DNA from: a virus
DNA length: 64,000 nt
Direction: 5' to 3' (one strand)
IMG/VR virus record: IMGVR_UViG_3300009514_000019
Location: 3,845-67,844 of that record
Numbering within the stretch: position 1 is the stretch's first letter; each line of letters starts with the position of its first letter. Below the pieces are notes generated by a model. It did not search any database. It had not been told where the DNA came from and saw nothing but the letters and a program-made list of their open reading frames with translations. Below are positions 1 to 9,182 of this stretch, one piece after another. The translations under genes and the position numbers were made by a program.

Positions 1-54
1 TAGGACAGTTAACCTTCCAAATACTTCGCCAACTAAACCTGTCATTACAATCAT
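1..54 (-). CDS. N-terminus of a probable HNH homing-endonuclease-family protein, cut by the window edge
   Basis: AAGGAGG RBS, then MIVMTGLVGEVFGRLTVL. The G..FGRL.V start resembles the HNH ORF at 3716-4330. Confidence 0.5.
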   Translation of the reverse strand, partial: MIVMTGLVGEVFGRLTVL

Positions 55-68
55 TTTAAAAATCCTCC

Positions 69-662
69 TTACTTAGTGCATACACTCGCACTATAGAGGT
101 CCGGTATAACCAGCCCACCGTTGGCCGCTCGCCAGTCATATCCTTGAACATGCTCACTTGCAAAGCATTCTTGCAATACACTGTGAAACGCTGGGTAAAT
201 ACTTTTCAAAACTGCTGGAACGATATTACTTGTGATTATTGTAGGTTTATTCATTGATACACGAACACGTATCAAATCCTCAACACAACTTTCTTGAAAC
301 TTAACTTCCTGCCGAGTTTGAAACTCATCAATCACTAATAAAGGAACCATTACTGCCCTGTCGTAGTAACTAATGTTATCCATCCACTCTGTGTGATTTA
401 TCACATATCCTGGTAACTGTTTTGCACTTACCCAAAAACCTATTGCATCATATTTTATTGCTTCCATTAATATAATTGCAGCTAATGCTGATTTACCTTG
501 TCCATACTCACCCCATAAGTACAATCCTTGTCGAGTTTTCAATAATTCAGGTAGTCGTTTAATATAGTTACTGACCAACTGTTTATGTGGACATTCTTTC
601 ACTTTATCTAAAGTACAACTTTTTAGTACTTCTGGAATATTCAGTAAATCAATTGCTTTCAC
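69..662 (-). CDS. DnaC/IstB-like AAA+ ATPase (helicase loader)
   Basis: Walker A GEYGQGKS, Walker B LLVIDE, TIITSN motif. Confidence 0.85.
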   Translation of the reverse strand: MKAIDLLNIPEVLKSCTLDKVKECPHKQLVSNYIKRLPELLKTRQGLYLWGEYGQGKSALAAIILMEAIKYDAIGFWVSAKQLPGYVINHTEWMDNISYYDRAVMVPLLVIDEFQTRQEVKFQESCVEDLIRVRVSMNKPTIITSNIVPAVLKSIYPAFHSVLQECFASEHVQGYDWRAANGGLVIPDLYSASVCTK

Positions 663-1522
663 TAATACCCCCTATCCGGTGCTGATTTTGCTGCACCCTC
701 ATCAAATCGTTGTCCAATGTTAAGGGATTTCACATAGTGCTCACCTTTTAATTCAAGTACTTTTGTAAAATATGCTTTAGTTGAAAATAAAGAAGCATTG
801 GGACCATTGCCTAACCAACCCAACTTAATTTTAATATCCTCCCATTCCTGGAATACCCAGTTAATGATTTCAATTAATTTTTCCTCATTATTGTTTGCAT
901 ACTGTAAGGCTCGATTCAGTAATCCAAGTTCTTTAGGAAAGGAAGGTGATCCGGTAACATTGTCAATGGCCATCTTATATGAAGTATTGAACTTATGAAT
1001 ATATAAGGACTTAATCGTATTCAAAATTCGCATACCAGGGGTAGTGGTTCTGGCTGTTTTTAGCTCAGTTAAAATTTTCGACCTTTCCAAAAAACCCAAT
1101 TTTTTTATTTTAGTTTCCACTGACTTGTGTTTGGACTCATTTACCAACCTCCTCAATTGTTCCGTGGCTGTTTCCCTACGTGGCTCACGTTCCTTCATGC
1201 TGCCAAGTTGTTTTGAACAATACCAATATTTCTTTTTATCCGGGGTCCACTCACCCAATACAATTCCATCCTCATCAAATTTTAACCAGCCTATTGACTC
1301 AAATTTTTTAAGGATTCGCTTAACTGTGCAATCCAACATATTGTATCGACTACAAATATCGTCATAGTCAATCCTACTAAATATTTTACCTTTGAATCGC
1401 TCATCTTTTTCCCTTTGTTCCTGTGAGTGAACTGAGTTAGCCATCAAATACACTAATATACAAGTCTCATCAGTTCCCAATGCTTTACTTTCACTTATTA
1501 TCCTAGCAACAGTTGCGTCCAT
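662..1522 (-). CDS. Putative replication initiation protein
   Basis: 286 aa with an N-terminal winged-helix-like segment; directly upstream of and overlapping the DnaC-like gene. Function inferred from position. Confidence 0.45.
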   Translation of the reverse strand: MDATVARIISESKALGTDETCILVYLMANSVHSQEQREKDERFKGKIFSRIDYDDICSRYNMLDCTVKRILKKFESIGWLKFDEDGIVLGEWTPDKKKYWYCSKQLGSMKEREPRRETATEQLRRLVNESKHKSVETKIKKLGFLERSKILTELKTARTTTPGMRILNTIKSLYIHKFNTSYKMAIDNVTGSPSFPKELGLLNRALQYANNNEEKLIEIINWVFQEWEDIKIKLGWLGNGPNASLFSTKAYFTKVLELKGEHYVKSLNIGQRFDEGAAKSAPDRGY

Positions 1523-1531
1523 TGTTTATCC

Positions 1532-1768
1532 TTAAATATTGTCACCACTCATTCCTATCAACAATTCCGCTTGCTCCTCCCTCCAATATTCAATACTACT
1601 TGGACACCATGTTATAGGAGTTCGATTATTCTTATCCCCATGCCAACAAATTTTTTCATTATCGAATTCCTGTCCGCTCCGCCATTTTCCTTTACCACCA
1701 CACACAGGACAACAATGTGCTGATAAACTGGCGTTTAACTTATGTGCTTGGGGAATATCATTATACAT
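1532..1768 (-). CDS. Small Cys-containing hypothetical protein
   Basis: CCPVCGG motif; GGAG RBS before ATG at 1768. Confidence 0.55.
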   Translation of the reverse strand: MYNDIPQAHKLNASLSAHCCPVCGGKGKWRSGQEFDNEKICWHGDKNNRTPITWCPSSIEYWREEQAELLIGMSGDNI

Positions 1769-1820
1769 ATTGCATACTCCGAATGAAAAATGTGCAAGTA
1801 CTTGCACTCAGTACTCACAC

Positions 1821-1849
1821 ATTATATCAAAGTTTTAACGATTTTTCAA
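1821..1849 (-). promoter_or_regulatory. Sigma70-type promoter
   Basis: TTGAAA-17 bp-TATAAT with extended TG; a palindrome copy lies 13 bp downstream of the -10. Confidence 0.7.
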
Positions 1850-1850
1850 G

Positions 1851-2306
1851 CTACAAATTCGTATAAATTGGTTCCTGTTTTTCAACTTGTTTTGTTACAG
1901 GATACTCATTAAGTATTTGTTGCCCACCCAGTGCCTTGCCAACTTTTTGAAACATTTTTGCAGCTTCTTTCATTGTTGACATACTTTGTGAGTAACTTTG
2001 CATACCTGTCACGATACTGGCCATTGTGGCATTACTTGTTGTGTTATTGTTTCCTACTTTATTTAATTCCTGCTTATGTTGATATAAGAGTTTTTGACAA
2101 ATCATTAATTGATTGTTGCAAAGTAAATCAACTTCGTCCAATCTAAAGTTTAGCATAGTGACCCATTTTTGATTATGCAATACTCCTTCAATATATATTA
2201 AGTATCCTTTACTCACATCATCATACTTAGTAGATAGTATTAGTTTATGCTTTGCTAAGTACTCATATACTTCTTTCATACTTTTAAAGGTCATAATCAG
2301 GCTCAC
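1851..2306 (-). CDS. Hypothetical protein ending EPIYTNL
   Basis: 151-aa ORF in tight operon context. Confidence 0.7.
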   Translation of the reverse strand: MSLIMTFKSMKEVYEYLAKHKLILSTKYDDVSKGYLIYIEGVLHNQKWVTMLNFRLDEVDLLCNNQLMICQKLLYQHKQELNKVGNNNTTSNATMASIVTGMQSYSQSMSTMKEAAKMFQKVGKALGGQQILNEYPVTKQVEKQEPIYTNL

Positions 2307-2324
2307 TTCGTTCGCCGGTGTTAC

Positions 2325-3047
2325 TTATGGGGCAACCCTACCATTTTTGATAAAAGCAGCATATGTGATAGGCCAACCTTCCGCAAATATTTTTTCACAA
2401 CTCCTAGCCGCCATGTCAATTTCCCACAAGGGGTAGCTTACAAAAGCGGCGTCAGGCTCATGTACCCTTAGCGAAAGGAACCCCATCAACGCCCTTGGAT
2501 TCAAGCTAACCCAACAACTACTATAGATACCCACAGGAAGGCAATCCCTGGCTAATCCAGGGTCAATGTTTAATGCAAGGTTTTTTTCATAAGTTTCATA
2601 GGCAACTGTGTAGGAACCTCGTAAATTATCACACAATGCAGCAAACACATAATCATCCTCACACCGCGTAAATTTAGGCCGACCCGGCTTCCATCCATCC
2701 ACCTTCATCATTGGTCGTTCCCGATCAGGAATGTAAAACACTGGGTCAAGTTGTTTATACCTACCGGATTCCTCATTATATGACGCAATACGATGCCTGT
2801 GCCATTCCCGCCAGACAAAAATTGGTGCCCTCACATAAAAAGTAAGGAAAGAGTGTTCAAATGGAGTACCATGCCTTTGTGCAACAAGATAATTAATAAG
2901 TCCTGCATTACCCTCTTCAGAACCAACCCCTGCAAATTGCAAACAAGCATCCCCACTATTAGACACCTTAGCACTGGCTACAACCATATGGTCCCCGCCA
3001 CACTTCTGAATCAATTGCACATCAATATCCGATTTAAATTCCATCAC
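2325..3047 (-). CDS. thyX: Flavin-dependent thymidylate synthase
   Basis: HGTPFEH and the RHRIASYNEESGRY ThyX signature. Confidence 0.95.
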   Translation of the reverse strand: MMEFKSDIDVQLIQKCGGDHMVVASAKVSNSGDACLQFAGVGSEEGNAGLINYLVAQRHGTPFEHSFLTFYVRAPIFVWREWHRHRIASYNEESGRYKQLDPVFYIPDRERPMMKVDGWKPGRPKFTRCEDDYVFAALCDNLRGSYTVAYETYEKNLALNIDPGLARDCLPVGIYSSCWVSLNPRALMGFLSLRVHEPDAAFVSYPLWEIDMAARSCEKIFAEGWPITYAAFIKNGRVAP

Positions 3048-3080
3048 TAATCTCCATGTTAAGTTATGTAAGTACTTGCA

Positions 3081-3689
3081 CTAGAAAGGACATGTGTATT
3101 CAAGTTCTTCGTTGCCGCCAGCCGCTTGTAGGTACTCCTGTTTTACCTCCCTCCAATATGGACTGTTAGGTGGCACTGTGCCATCCACCATTTTTACACT
3201 GAATTTATCCTTCACTTGCTCGTAGAAGTTACAATCAAGGTGCTCAAACCTGTGGCAATTATGCTTACTACGTTGAATATTCTTTTCAGTCAGTAAAGTG
3301 GGAGGGAACCTTAATGTTTTGGCTACTTCCTTAGTTACACAAACTCCCCCGCTCCTAATATGATTACTTGTTTCAGTTGACCAAAAAGTACCTACCAAAT
3401 CCGCTGTGTTGTACAATTGAAGTAAGTCAGGTCGTAGTGGGAAAAAATCATCAGGACACCAAAATAGCCTATCAAAATCGTTGTTGTCAATAAACCTTTT
3501 AACTACTCCTATATCCATTCCTATGTTAGGATAATACATGCATAAATCCACTTCCTTGTAACAAACATTTTTCCCACCCGTTATTCCAAACCTGAGTTGC
3601 CACCCTGTTGTATTCATTTTTTGCCACACATCATACCACTTTTTGAGGTTATGATATCTATTGTGGCATATCACCAGGCATATATTCAT
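3081..3689 (-). CDS. Putative GT-A-fold glycosyltransferase
   Basis: N-terminal beta-strand, NIGMDIG, and a WCPDD DxD-like motif; sugar-modification neighbourhood. Confidence 0.5.
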   Translation of the reverse strand: MNICLVICHNRYHNLKKWYDVWQKMNTTGWQLRFGITGGKNVCYKEVDLCMYYPNIGMDIGVVKRFIDNNDFDRLFWCPDDFFPLRPDLLQLYNTADLVGTFWSTETSNHIRSGGVCVTKEVAKTLRFPPTLLTEKNIQRSKHNCHRFEHLDCNFYEQVKDKFSVKMVDGTVPPNSPYWREVKQEYLQAAGGNEELEYTCPF

Positions 3690-3715
3690 ATTTCATCCTT
3701 ATGCAAGCACTTGCA

Positions 3716-4330
3716 CTAATTTGGAAATTTTTGTCTGGCAATTTCCTTAATTTTTGTTTTTGACAAACAACTATTTTTTAGCAAATATTGTATATATGCA
3801 ACACGTTCCTGGGGAATATTATTACTCCGATTATTTGCCTGTTGTTTTGCAGTTGCCCATTGTAAATTTCCAGGCTCATAATCCTTATTATTATCAATTC
3901 TGTCCAAACTCAATATAGGATTGTCACTTCCTGGGAGTGCTTTAACGTATTCAACAAAAGCAACAGGGTCCAACAACCAAGGTGTATGCAAAGTTATTCC
4001 CCTGCCACCATATTCAGTATACCTTGGATTATTTTTATTAAAACACCTACTTTTGATATCTTCCCATTTTTTGTACATCCTATCATTTGTTAGGCCATGA
4101 GTCCTCATTACATTTGAAACTACTTCTCGTTGCAAACACCCACAACTTTTTGTACGTCCTGTTACTAAGTTGCGTGACATTATTTTAACTATTGTTTTTT
4201 GAGGACAGGTGCAGTGACATTCCCAAACCACCTGCCCTGCTTTCCTTTGTAGCATAGGTATTTTTACAACTAATCTACCAAATTTTTTACCAGTTAAATC
4301 CACCATATTTGGCATAATATGTTTTTCCAC
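3716..4330 (-). CDS. HNH-family homing endonuclease
   Basis: DLTGKKFGRL, CxC...SCGC, YGGRGI, SLDRIDNNKDYEPGNLQWAT. Confidence 0.85.
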   Translation of the reverse strand: MEKHIMPNMVDLTGKKFGRLVVKIPMLQRKAGQVVWECHCTCPQKTIVKIMSRNLVTGRTKSCGCLQREVVSNVMRTHGLTNDRMYKKWEDIKSRCFNKNNPRYTEYGGRGITLHTPWLLDPVAFVEYVKALPGSDNPILSLDRIDNNKDYEPGNLQWATAKQQANNRSNNIPQERVAYIQYLLKNSCLSKTKIKEIARQKFPN

Positions 4331-4339
4331 TATTCAGGA

Positions 4340-5554
4340 TTACTCAGTGAGGTTGTGTGGGCTTATCCAAATAACTTTAGGATGCTTATTACTTTCATTA
4401 TTTACAATTTCTTTAAAGTGATTCCACGCCAGCACCAAAATAACATCAGGACTATACTCACTTATTTTTTCAGGGGGAATTACTAACTGATGTGTGCCAG
4501 GCATTAATTTGCCTTGCTTATCCAGGGTGCAATCAACCACAACGTGGAGTAGGTCAGTTCCGATGTTACAATAGTTAAGGAGGACCGCTGCTTTTGCAGC
4601 CGCACCATACCCAATAACTTTTTGCTCAGAAAATTGATACGAACTTAACCTACAAACTAAGTCATTTTTTAGTGTTAAAACATCCCCTTTAAACTTATTC
4701 CAATCCAACTTATTTTGTTGCTCCCTTTCAATATCCAACATTACTGATTTTGAATTTCCACCACTTGACTTGATGAAACACCGGATTGTTCCTCCATGTA
4801 CATCAATGTGCTCAATACAAGTAACATAGAGGCCATTTGCATTCATCAATTGCACTAGGTTCCTAATACTGAAATATGATAAATGTTCATGGTATATCGT
4901 TTCCAGGGCTAACCTTTTGTACAATTCTGTTAAGTAGGGTACTTCGATAATACAAGTACCTTTATCACTTAATAATGCTTTAATCCCTTGGCAAAAATCA
5001 TTCAAATTTGGCACATGTCCTAGCACATTGGCACAAAAAATTAAGTTTGCTTCCCCTTGTTTTTCAACAACCGCGTCAGCCACTTCCTTGCTAAAGAAGT
5101 CACAATATGTAGGAACCTGTCGATCCCATGCTTCCTCACATAAATTTTTGGATGGGTCAATCCCTAATAACCTGATATGGGAACCTTTATCCAAATGTTT
5201 CCTCACAGATTCCAAAACACTTCCATCATTGGAACCAACCTCCACCACTAGCCCACTTTGAGGTAAATTATTGAGTATTACTTGGCTAAAATGCTTAACC
5301 ATCCTTGGTGAGGATGCAGTGTGGAAATGGTACTCCTCAAATAATTCTTCTGGTGTAACTGTGTGCTTGAGTTGAACATGCCCACATTCCTCACACTGTG
5401 ATAAACATAATGGATACTTAACTTCCTCTAAATTTGGCCGACCTGCTAATTGTGGATACCTGAGTCCATTTGCTAAAGGTTGTTCACCTAAATCAAAAAT
5501 ATCAGTCAATAATGCACTGCCACAAATCCTGCAATCACTTATTTCAATAGTCAT
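4340..5554 (-). CDS. NDP-sugar C-methyltransferase-like SAM-dependent methyltransferase
   Basis: CRIC...CEEC zinc site, VEVGSNDG, IYHEHLSYFS, HGG, GYGAAAK. Confidence 0.9.
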   Translation of the reverse strand: MTIEISDCRICGSALLTDIFDLGEQPLANGLRYPQLAGRPNLEEVKYPLCLSQCEECGHVQLKHTVTPEELFEEYHFHTASSPRMVKHFSQVILNNLPQSGLVVEVGSNDGSVLESVRKHLDKGSHIRLLGIDPSKNLCEEAWDRQVPTYCDFFSKEVADAVVEKQGEANLIFCANVLGHVPNLNDFCQGIKALLSDKGTCIIEVPYLTELYKRLALETIYHEHLSYFSIRNLVQLMNANGLYVTCIEHIDVHGGTIRCFIKSSGGNSKSVMLDIEREQQNKLDWNKFKGDVLTLKNDLVCRLSSYQFSEQKVIGYGAAAKAAVLLNYCNIGTDLLHVVVDCTLDKQGKLMPGTHQLVIPPEKISEYSPDVILVLAWNHFKEIVNNESNKHPKVIWISPHNLTE

Positions 5555-5557
5555 TTT

Positions 5558-6202
5558 TTATCCTATGTTTGGGCCTGCTTCAAACCATGCCTTTGGGTCA
5601 CTTTTATCACCACCTGCTATACTATTTACCTCTGCCACATCTACTAATTGATACCCTGCCCTAATCAATTTAATAGAATGTTCTACGTCACTATATGCGT
5701 GTGGGTGCTTCCCTGTCCAAGGTACTTCCCTTAGTACTTTTGTCCTAGCTGCAAACACTGCTTGCTGCATATGGTTATGGTGTTTTGGTAATTTAGTCAT
5801 GTCCCCTGTAACAGTGTGGTAGTTACACTTCCTTACCGGCCCAGCCATTCCACAACGATTTGACACCAATGGATTAATGATCTTCCTGACCCACAAAGGA
5901 TTCCTAATAATCCCACGAGTTGCCAAAAAATGAATAAATACTTCACCTGTTGCTAATTCAACTGCTTTATTTATACCACCTGCCCACCAAATATTGTAAC
6001 CATCATTCCAATGGTATATGTCACAACTTATACACTTACCTGCCATACGACAACAAGTAGGTGAATTGTCTACAACTATTGTTTGTACGTTTCCTAATAC
6101 TTGTTTAACACTAGCAAATATGTTATTTGCATTTTCAATAACTTTTTCAGAAGGTTGATACACTACTGTAGCTATTGTGAAAGGGCCGTTTAATATACTC
6201 AT
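5558..6202 (-). CDS. Glycosyltransferase family 2-like protein
   Basis: IVVDNS, N..WAGGINKA, YSDVE motifs; start placed at ATG 6202 after the upstream stop. Confidence 0.7.
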   Translation of the reverse strand: MSILNGPFTIATVVYQPSEKVIENANNIFASVKQVLGNVQTIVVDNSPTCCRMAGKCISCDIYHWNDGYNIWWAGGINKAVELATGEVFIHFLATRGIIRNPLWVRKIINPLVSNRCGMAGPVRKCNYHTVTGDMTKLPKHHNHMQQAVFAARTKVLREVPWTGKHPHAYSDVEHSIKLIRAGYQLVDVAEVNSIAGGDKSDPKAWFEAGPNIG

Positions 6203-6203
6203 T

Positions 6204-6773
6204 TTATTCCTTGGTAAATATTCGTGTTCCACTTCCATATGAGTGAGTATCGTCAAATGTTTCACATTTCCAGGCTGTTCCCAATCTTTCGAGCATGTCG
6301 CCTGCACTCAAATTATAGTGACCTGGCCACAAACTAGGTGCTGCATAGTTATCCATAACAAGTGTTTTCAATGAGTGCAAGTACTTGCACAATAATAGTT
6401 CAAATATTTGTGAACGATTAAAACCCTCAATTGTGTCAACAGAAATTATTGTCACATTACTTTTATCCAATATTTCAAAGTATTTCAGTATATCCTGTTC
6501 CTGGGATAATATGTTATATGTGATATTTGTGATATCACTATGGATTAATTCATTTAACACTTTTGTTCCCCACTCATCACATGTTTCAACTGCTGTAACA
6601 TAGTGACACCTTTCAGCAAAAAATAATGTGCTGCCACCTGTTCCACATTCTACTACAATATCGTCCTTATTTATATATCTATCAAGTGTGTATACTGCTT
6701 CAGGGACTAACCAAGGAGTGTGGTTACTTAAACAGTGTTTACCTTCCCACCAATTTTCCTCAATTTTCAACAT
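6204..6773 (-). CDS. Class I SAM-dependent methyltransferase-like protein
   Basis: VVECGTGGST motif I, VTAVE, VMDN. Confidence 0.7.
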   Translation of the reverse strand: MLKIEENWWEGKHCLSNHTPWLVPEAVYTLDRYINKDDIVVECGTGGSTLFFAERCHYVTAVETCDEWGTKVLNELIHSDITNITYNILSQEQDILKYFEILDKSNVTIISVDTIEGFNRSQIFELLLCKYLHSLKTLVMDNYAAPSLWPGHYNLSAGDMLERLGTAWKCETFDDTHSYGSGTRIFTKE

Positions 6774-7290
6774 AATTGTCACGCCCACGATTAATTCCAG
6801 GATTGTATTTCTTATTCAATATTTTTCTAACTTCTTCAAAATCACACTCAGCGTTAATGCACTTTACGAAATTTAGCCAAAACCATTCCAAGTCCTCCAA
6901 ACGAACTGTTATTAAATTAGGAACAGTTGTAAGGTATTTATTGACACAATGATAGTACGCCATCGCTACTTTTTCTGTGACTCCATGAGTCAGGAATACT
7001 TGAAAAGCCCATGCCTTTAAATACTCTGGGCATTGCTCAAGCAAGGATTTTATACATGCTTCTTTTTCCCGTACTAAATGAACAAACCTTGCATCAGGAT
7101 ATTTATTTTGAAGCAGTGCAAGTGCTTGTACATTCTGCACCGCTACTTCAATATGGTTATCAGGGTACTCAAAATCATGCACTTGACCTGCAAATGTTTC
7201 ATGTCCACAGGTATAGTTTTTAATTGTTTTACATGCCTGATAAAAAGTACTAGAACCACACCGACCTGTTCCAACAACAAATACCCTCAT
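6760..7290 (-). CDS. Sulfotransferase-like protein
   Basis: VVGTGRCGSST (5'-PSB-like loop), HE, FVHLVR...S. Confidence 0.65.
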   Translation of the reverse strand: MRVFVVGTGRCGSSTFYQACKTIKNYTCGHETFAGQVHDFEYPDNHIEVAVQNVQALALLQNKYPDARFVHLVREKEACIKSLLEQCPEYLKAWAFQVFLTHGVTEKVAMAYYHCVNKYLTTVPNLITVRLEDLEWFWLNFVKCINAECDFEEVRKILNKKYNPGINRGRDNYVEN

Positions 7291-8018
7291 AATACTTCCT
7301 TCACATCTGTTGCCCCATTGTAATTTTCTTTTTTACTATAGGTCCAACTTATGGATTTGTTCATATGGTCAAAGTAATATTGATCTTCCTCACTCCAATC
7401 ACCTTTCCCTCTCTCCCAAGGTATGTGGTGGACCATGTAAGGTGCTCCTACTCGAAGTGCTTTTGCACTACAATCCCAATACTTTTGTTCAGATGCGTTA
7501 TAAATATTATACAGAGCAAATGTGGTATCTATGGGAGCTTCATAATAAATTTGACTATCCGAAAATAATTCAACAGGCCGTTCCCAGAATTGTTGCTCCC
7601 ACTCAATTACCTTCTCATGCCAATCCTGGTGAACATTGCTAATATCCAAGGACGGCCCACACTTATGAACACACCCAGAAATTAATCCACGCTTTAGTAC
7701 CTCAATTGTATCATCGGGCAATGTGCTTAACTCAAGGTCAGGGTCAGTGACAACATAATACTCTGTATTCCACTTTTCAATAAAATCATGCACATTAGTT
7801 AGTATGTGCTTCCATACATTCCTATGTGGGTAGGATTGTTGATATTGCTCACTTAGGAACACTTTTGAACAAGGGTACGTGTTATACCACTCAAGCAAAG
7901 GTGGGTATGTGCTAGCGTTGTCAACAATAACAGGGACAAGGTCAAGTCGCTGGCATTGCTCCACGGTATTTCGTATCATTGATAGCCTATCCTTGGCTAT
8001 GATATATGCAGGAATCAT
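7287..8018 (-). CDS. Glycosyltransferase family 2-like protein
   Basis: IVDNASTYP, VVTDPD (DxD), APIDTTFALY. Confidence 0.75.
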   Translation of the reverse strand: MIPAYIIAKDRLSMIRNTVEQCQRLDLVPVIVDNASTYPPLLEWYNTYPCSKVFLSEQYQQSYPHRNVWKHILTNVHDFIEKWNTEYYVVTDPDLELSTLPDDTIEVLKRGLISGCVHKCGPSLDISNVHQDWHEKVIEWEQQFWERPVELFSDSQIYYEAPIDTTFALYNIYNASEQKYWDCSAKALRVGAPYMVHHIPWERGKGDWSEEDQYYFDHMNKSISWTYSKKENYNGATDVKEVL

Positions 8019-8148
8019 ATTATTCCTTTATGCAAGTACTTGCACCGACAGGTCGGCCCCAAAATTTTTTAGGTATAGTTTAACCTAAGATTTGACTATT
8101 TGATATATCTTAGTTGTTTGTGCAACTTTGATGTGCAAGTACTTGCAC

Positions 8149-8231
8149 TACTCAGTTCGCTTCGCTCACGCAACCATCGTGCTCGCATCTGGCTGCATTC
8201 CGCACATCGTGTGCGGTGCTTACGCGAGTAT
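8149..8231 (-). other. GC-rich structured non-coding element (small RNA or origin candidate)
   Basis: Lies in the largest intergenic gap; nested stems; an extended -10 (TGTTATAAT, 8230-8238) directly upstream on the minus strand. Confidence 0.35.
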
Positions 8232-8403
8232 TATAACATATTGTTAAGTGACTTGCCTATTACTATTTGCAAGGATTATGAAAAAATTTCCTAATCCCTT
8301 CAACTATTGTTTTCCACCAACTAGGAACCCCGACCGGGGCTGATTTCCTGGGAGGTCAATAAGATAATTTACGTTTTTCATTACCTAGTTTCATAATGAT
8401 TTC

Positions 8404-8772
8404 CTATAAAATTGGAAAAGCGACAAATTCCACTAACTCATGTGCAAAAGGATTTTTATCCCAATCAAATTTTCCTATGTCATCACAAAAATGACTATAC
8501 CCGTTAATAATATAATTAGTTTCAAAATAAGGACTTAGTATATATTCCTGTACCCACTGAGTCCTTGACCCCTCGTTTCCTGGTGCTGTGGTGTCCCAAC
8601 CATGTTCCCTAAATATTGCACACAAATCAAACTTAACAACCTCCCCATGAATGTTACGATCGCATATTCCCACACCCGCACAGCAGCTAGAGAGAATATT
8701 TGATAATTCCGCAGCATCCCACAAGGTTGAATATAACTTACCACTTACTTTTAACACACCATTGTACTTCAT
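8404..8772 (-). CDS. Hypothetical protein, paralog of 8781-9182
   Basis: Shares MKYN...LWD..E...FxWDKxPFAxEL.E..AFPIL with its neighbour. Confidence 0.8.
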   Translation of the reverse strand: MKYNGVLKVSGKLYSTLWDAAELSNILSSCCAGVGICDRNIHGEVVKFDLCAIFREHGWDTTAPGNEGSRTQWVQEYILSPYFETNYIINGYSHFCDDIGKFDWDKNPFAHELVEFVAFPIL

Positions 8773-8780
8773 AATGTTTC

Positions 8781-9182
8781 CTATAAAATTGGAAAAGCAA
8801 TTATTTCAATCAACTCAGTTGCAAAAGGTGTTTTATCCCATTCAAATACACCTACTGGTACTCCTGTGTAACTTTCAATCACGTAATTATCACAAATGTA
8901 TGCTTCAAGTATGTTTATTTTAATCCATTGCCCCTTTTGTTCATAGGGAGGAACTTCGCCACTAAAGATAGTACCATTACGATTTAATTTCAATTCACTG
9001 AAAATTTGTTCCAAATCCCATTTTTGAATTCTTTGCTTAATACTTCTATCCAATATAGAAATACCAACACTAAATGCGGCTAAAACATACGCAAATTCGT
9101 CAGTATCCCAAAGGCAGGAAAGTAGCTTGGGCTGCTCTTGCCCACCGTCCACCTTGGTCATAAACGCAACATTATATTTCAT
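8781..9182 (-). CDS. Hypothetical protein, paralog of 8404-8772
   Basis: Same shared motifs. Confidence 0.8.
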   Translation of the reverse strand: MKYNVAFMTKVDGGQEQPKLLSCLWDTDEFAYVLAAFSVGISILDRSIKQRIQKWDLEQIFSELKLNRNGTIFSGEVPPYEQKGQWIKINILEAYICDNYVIESYTGVPVGVFEWDKTPFATELIEIIAFPIL

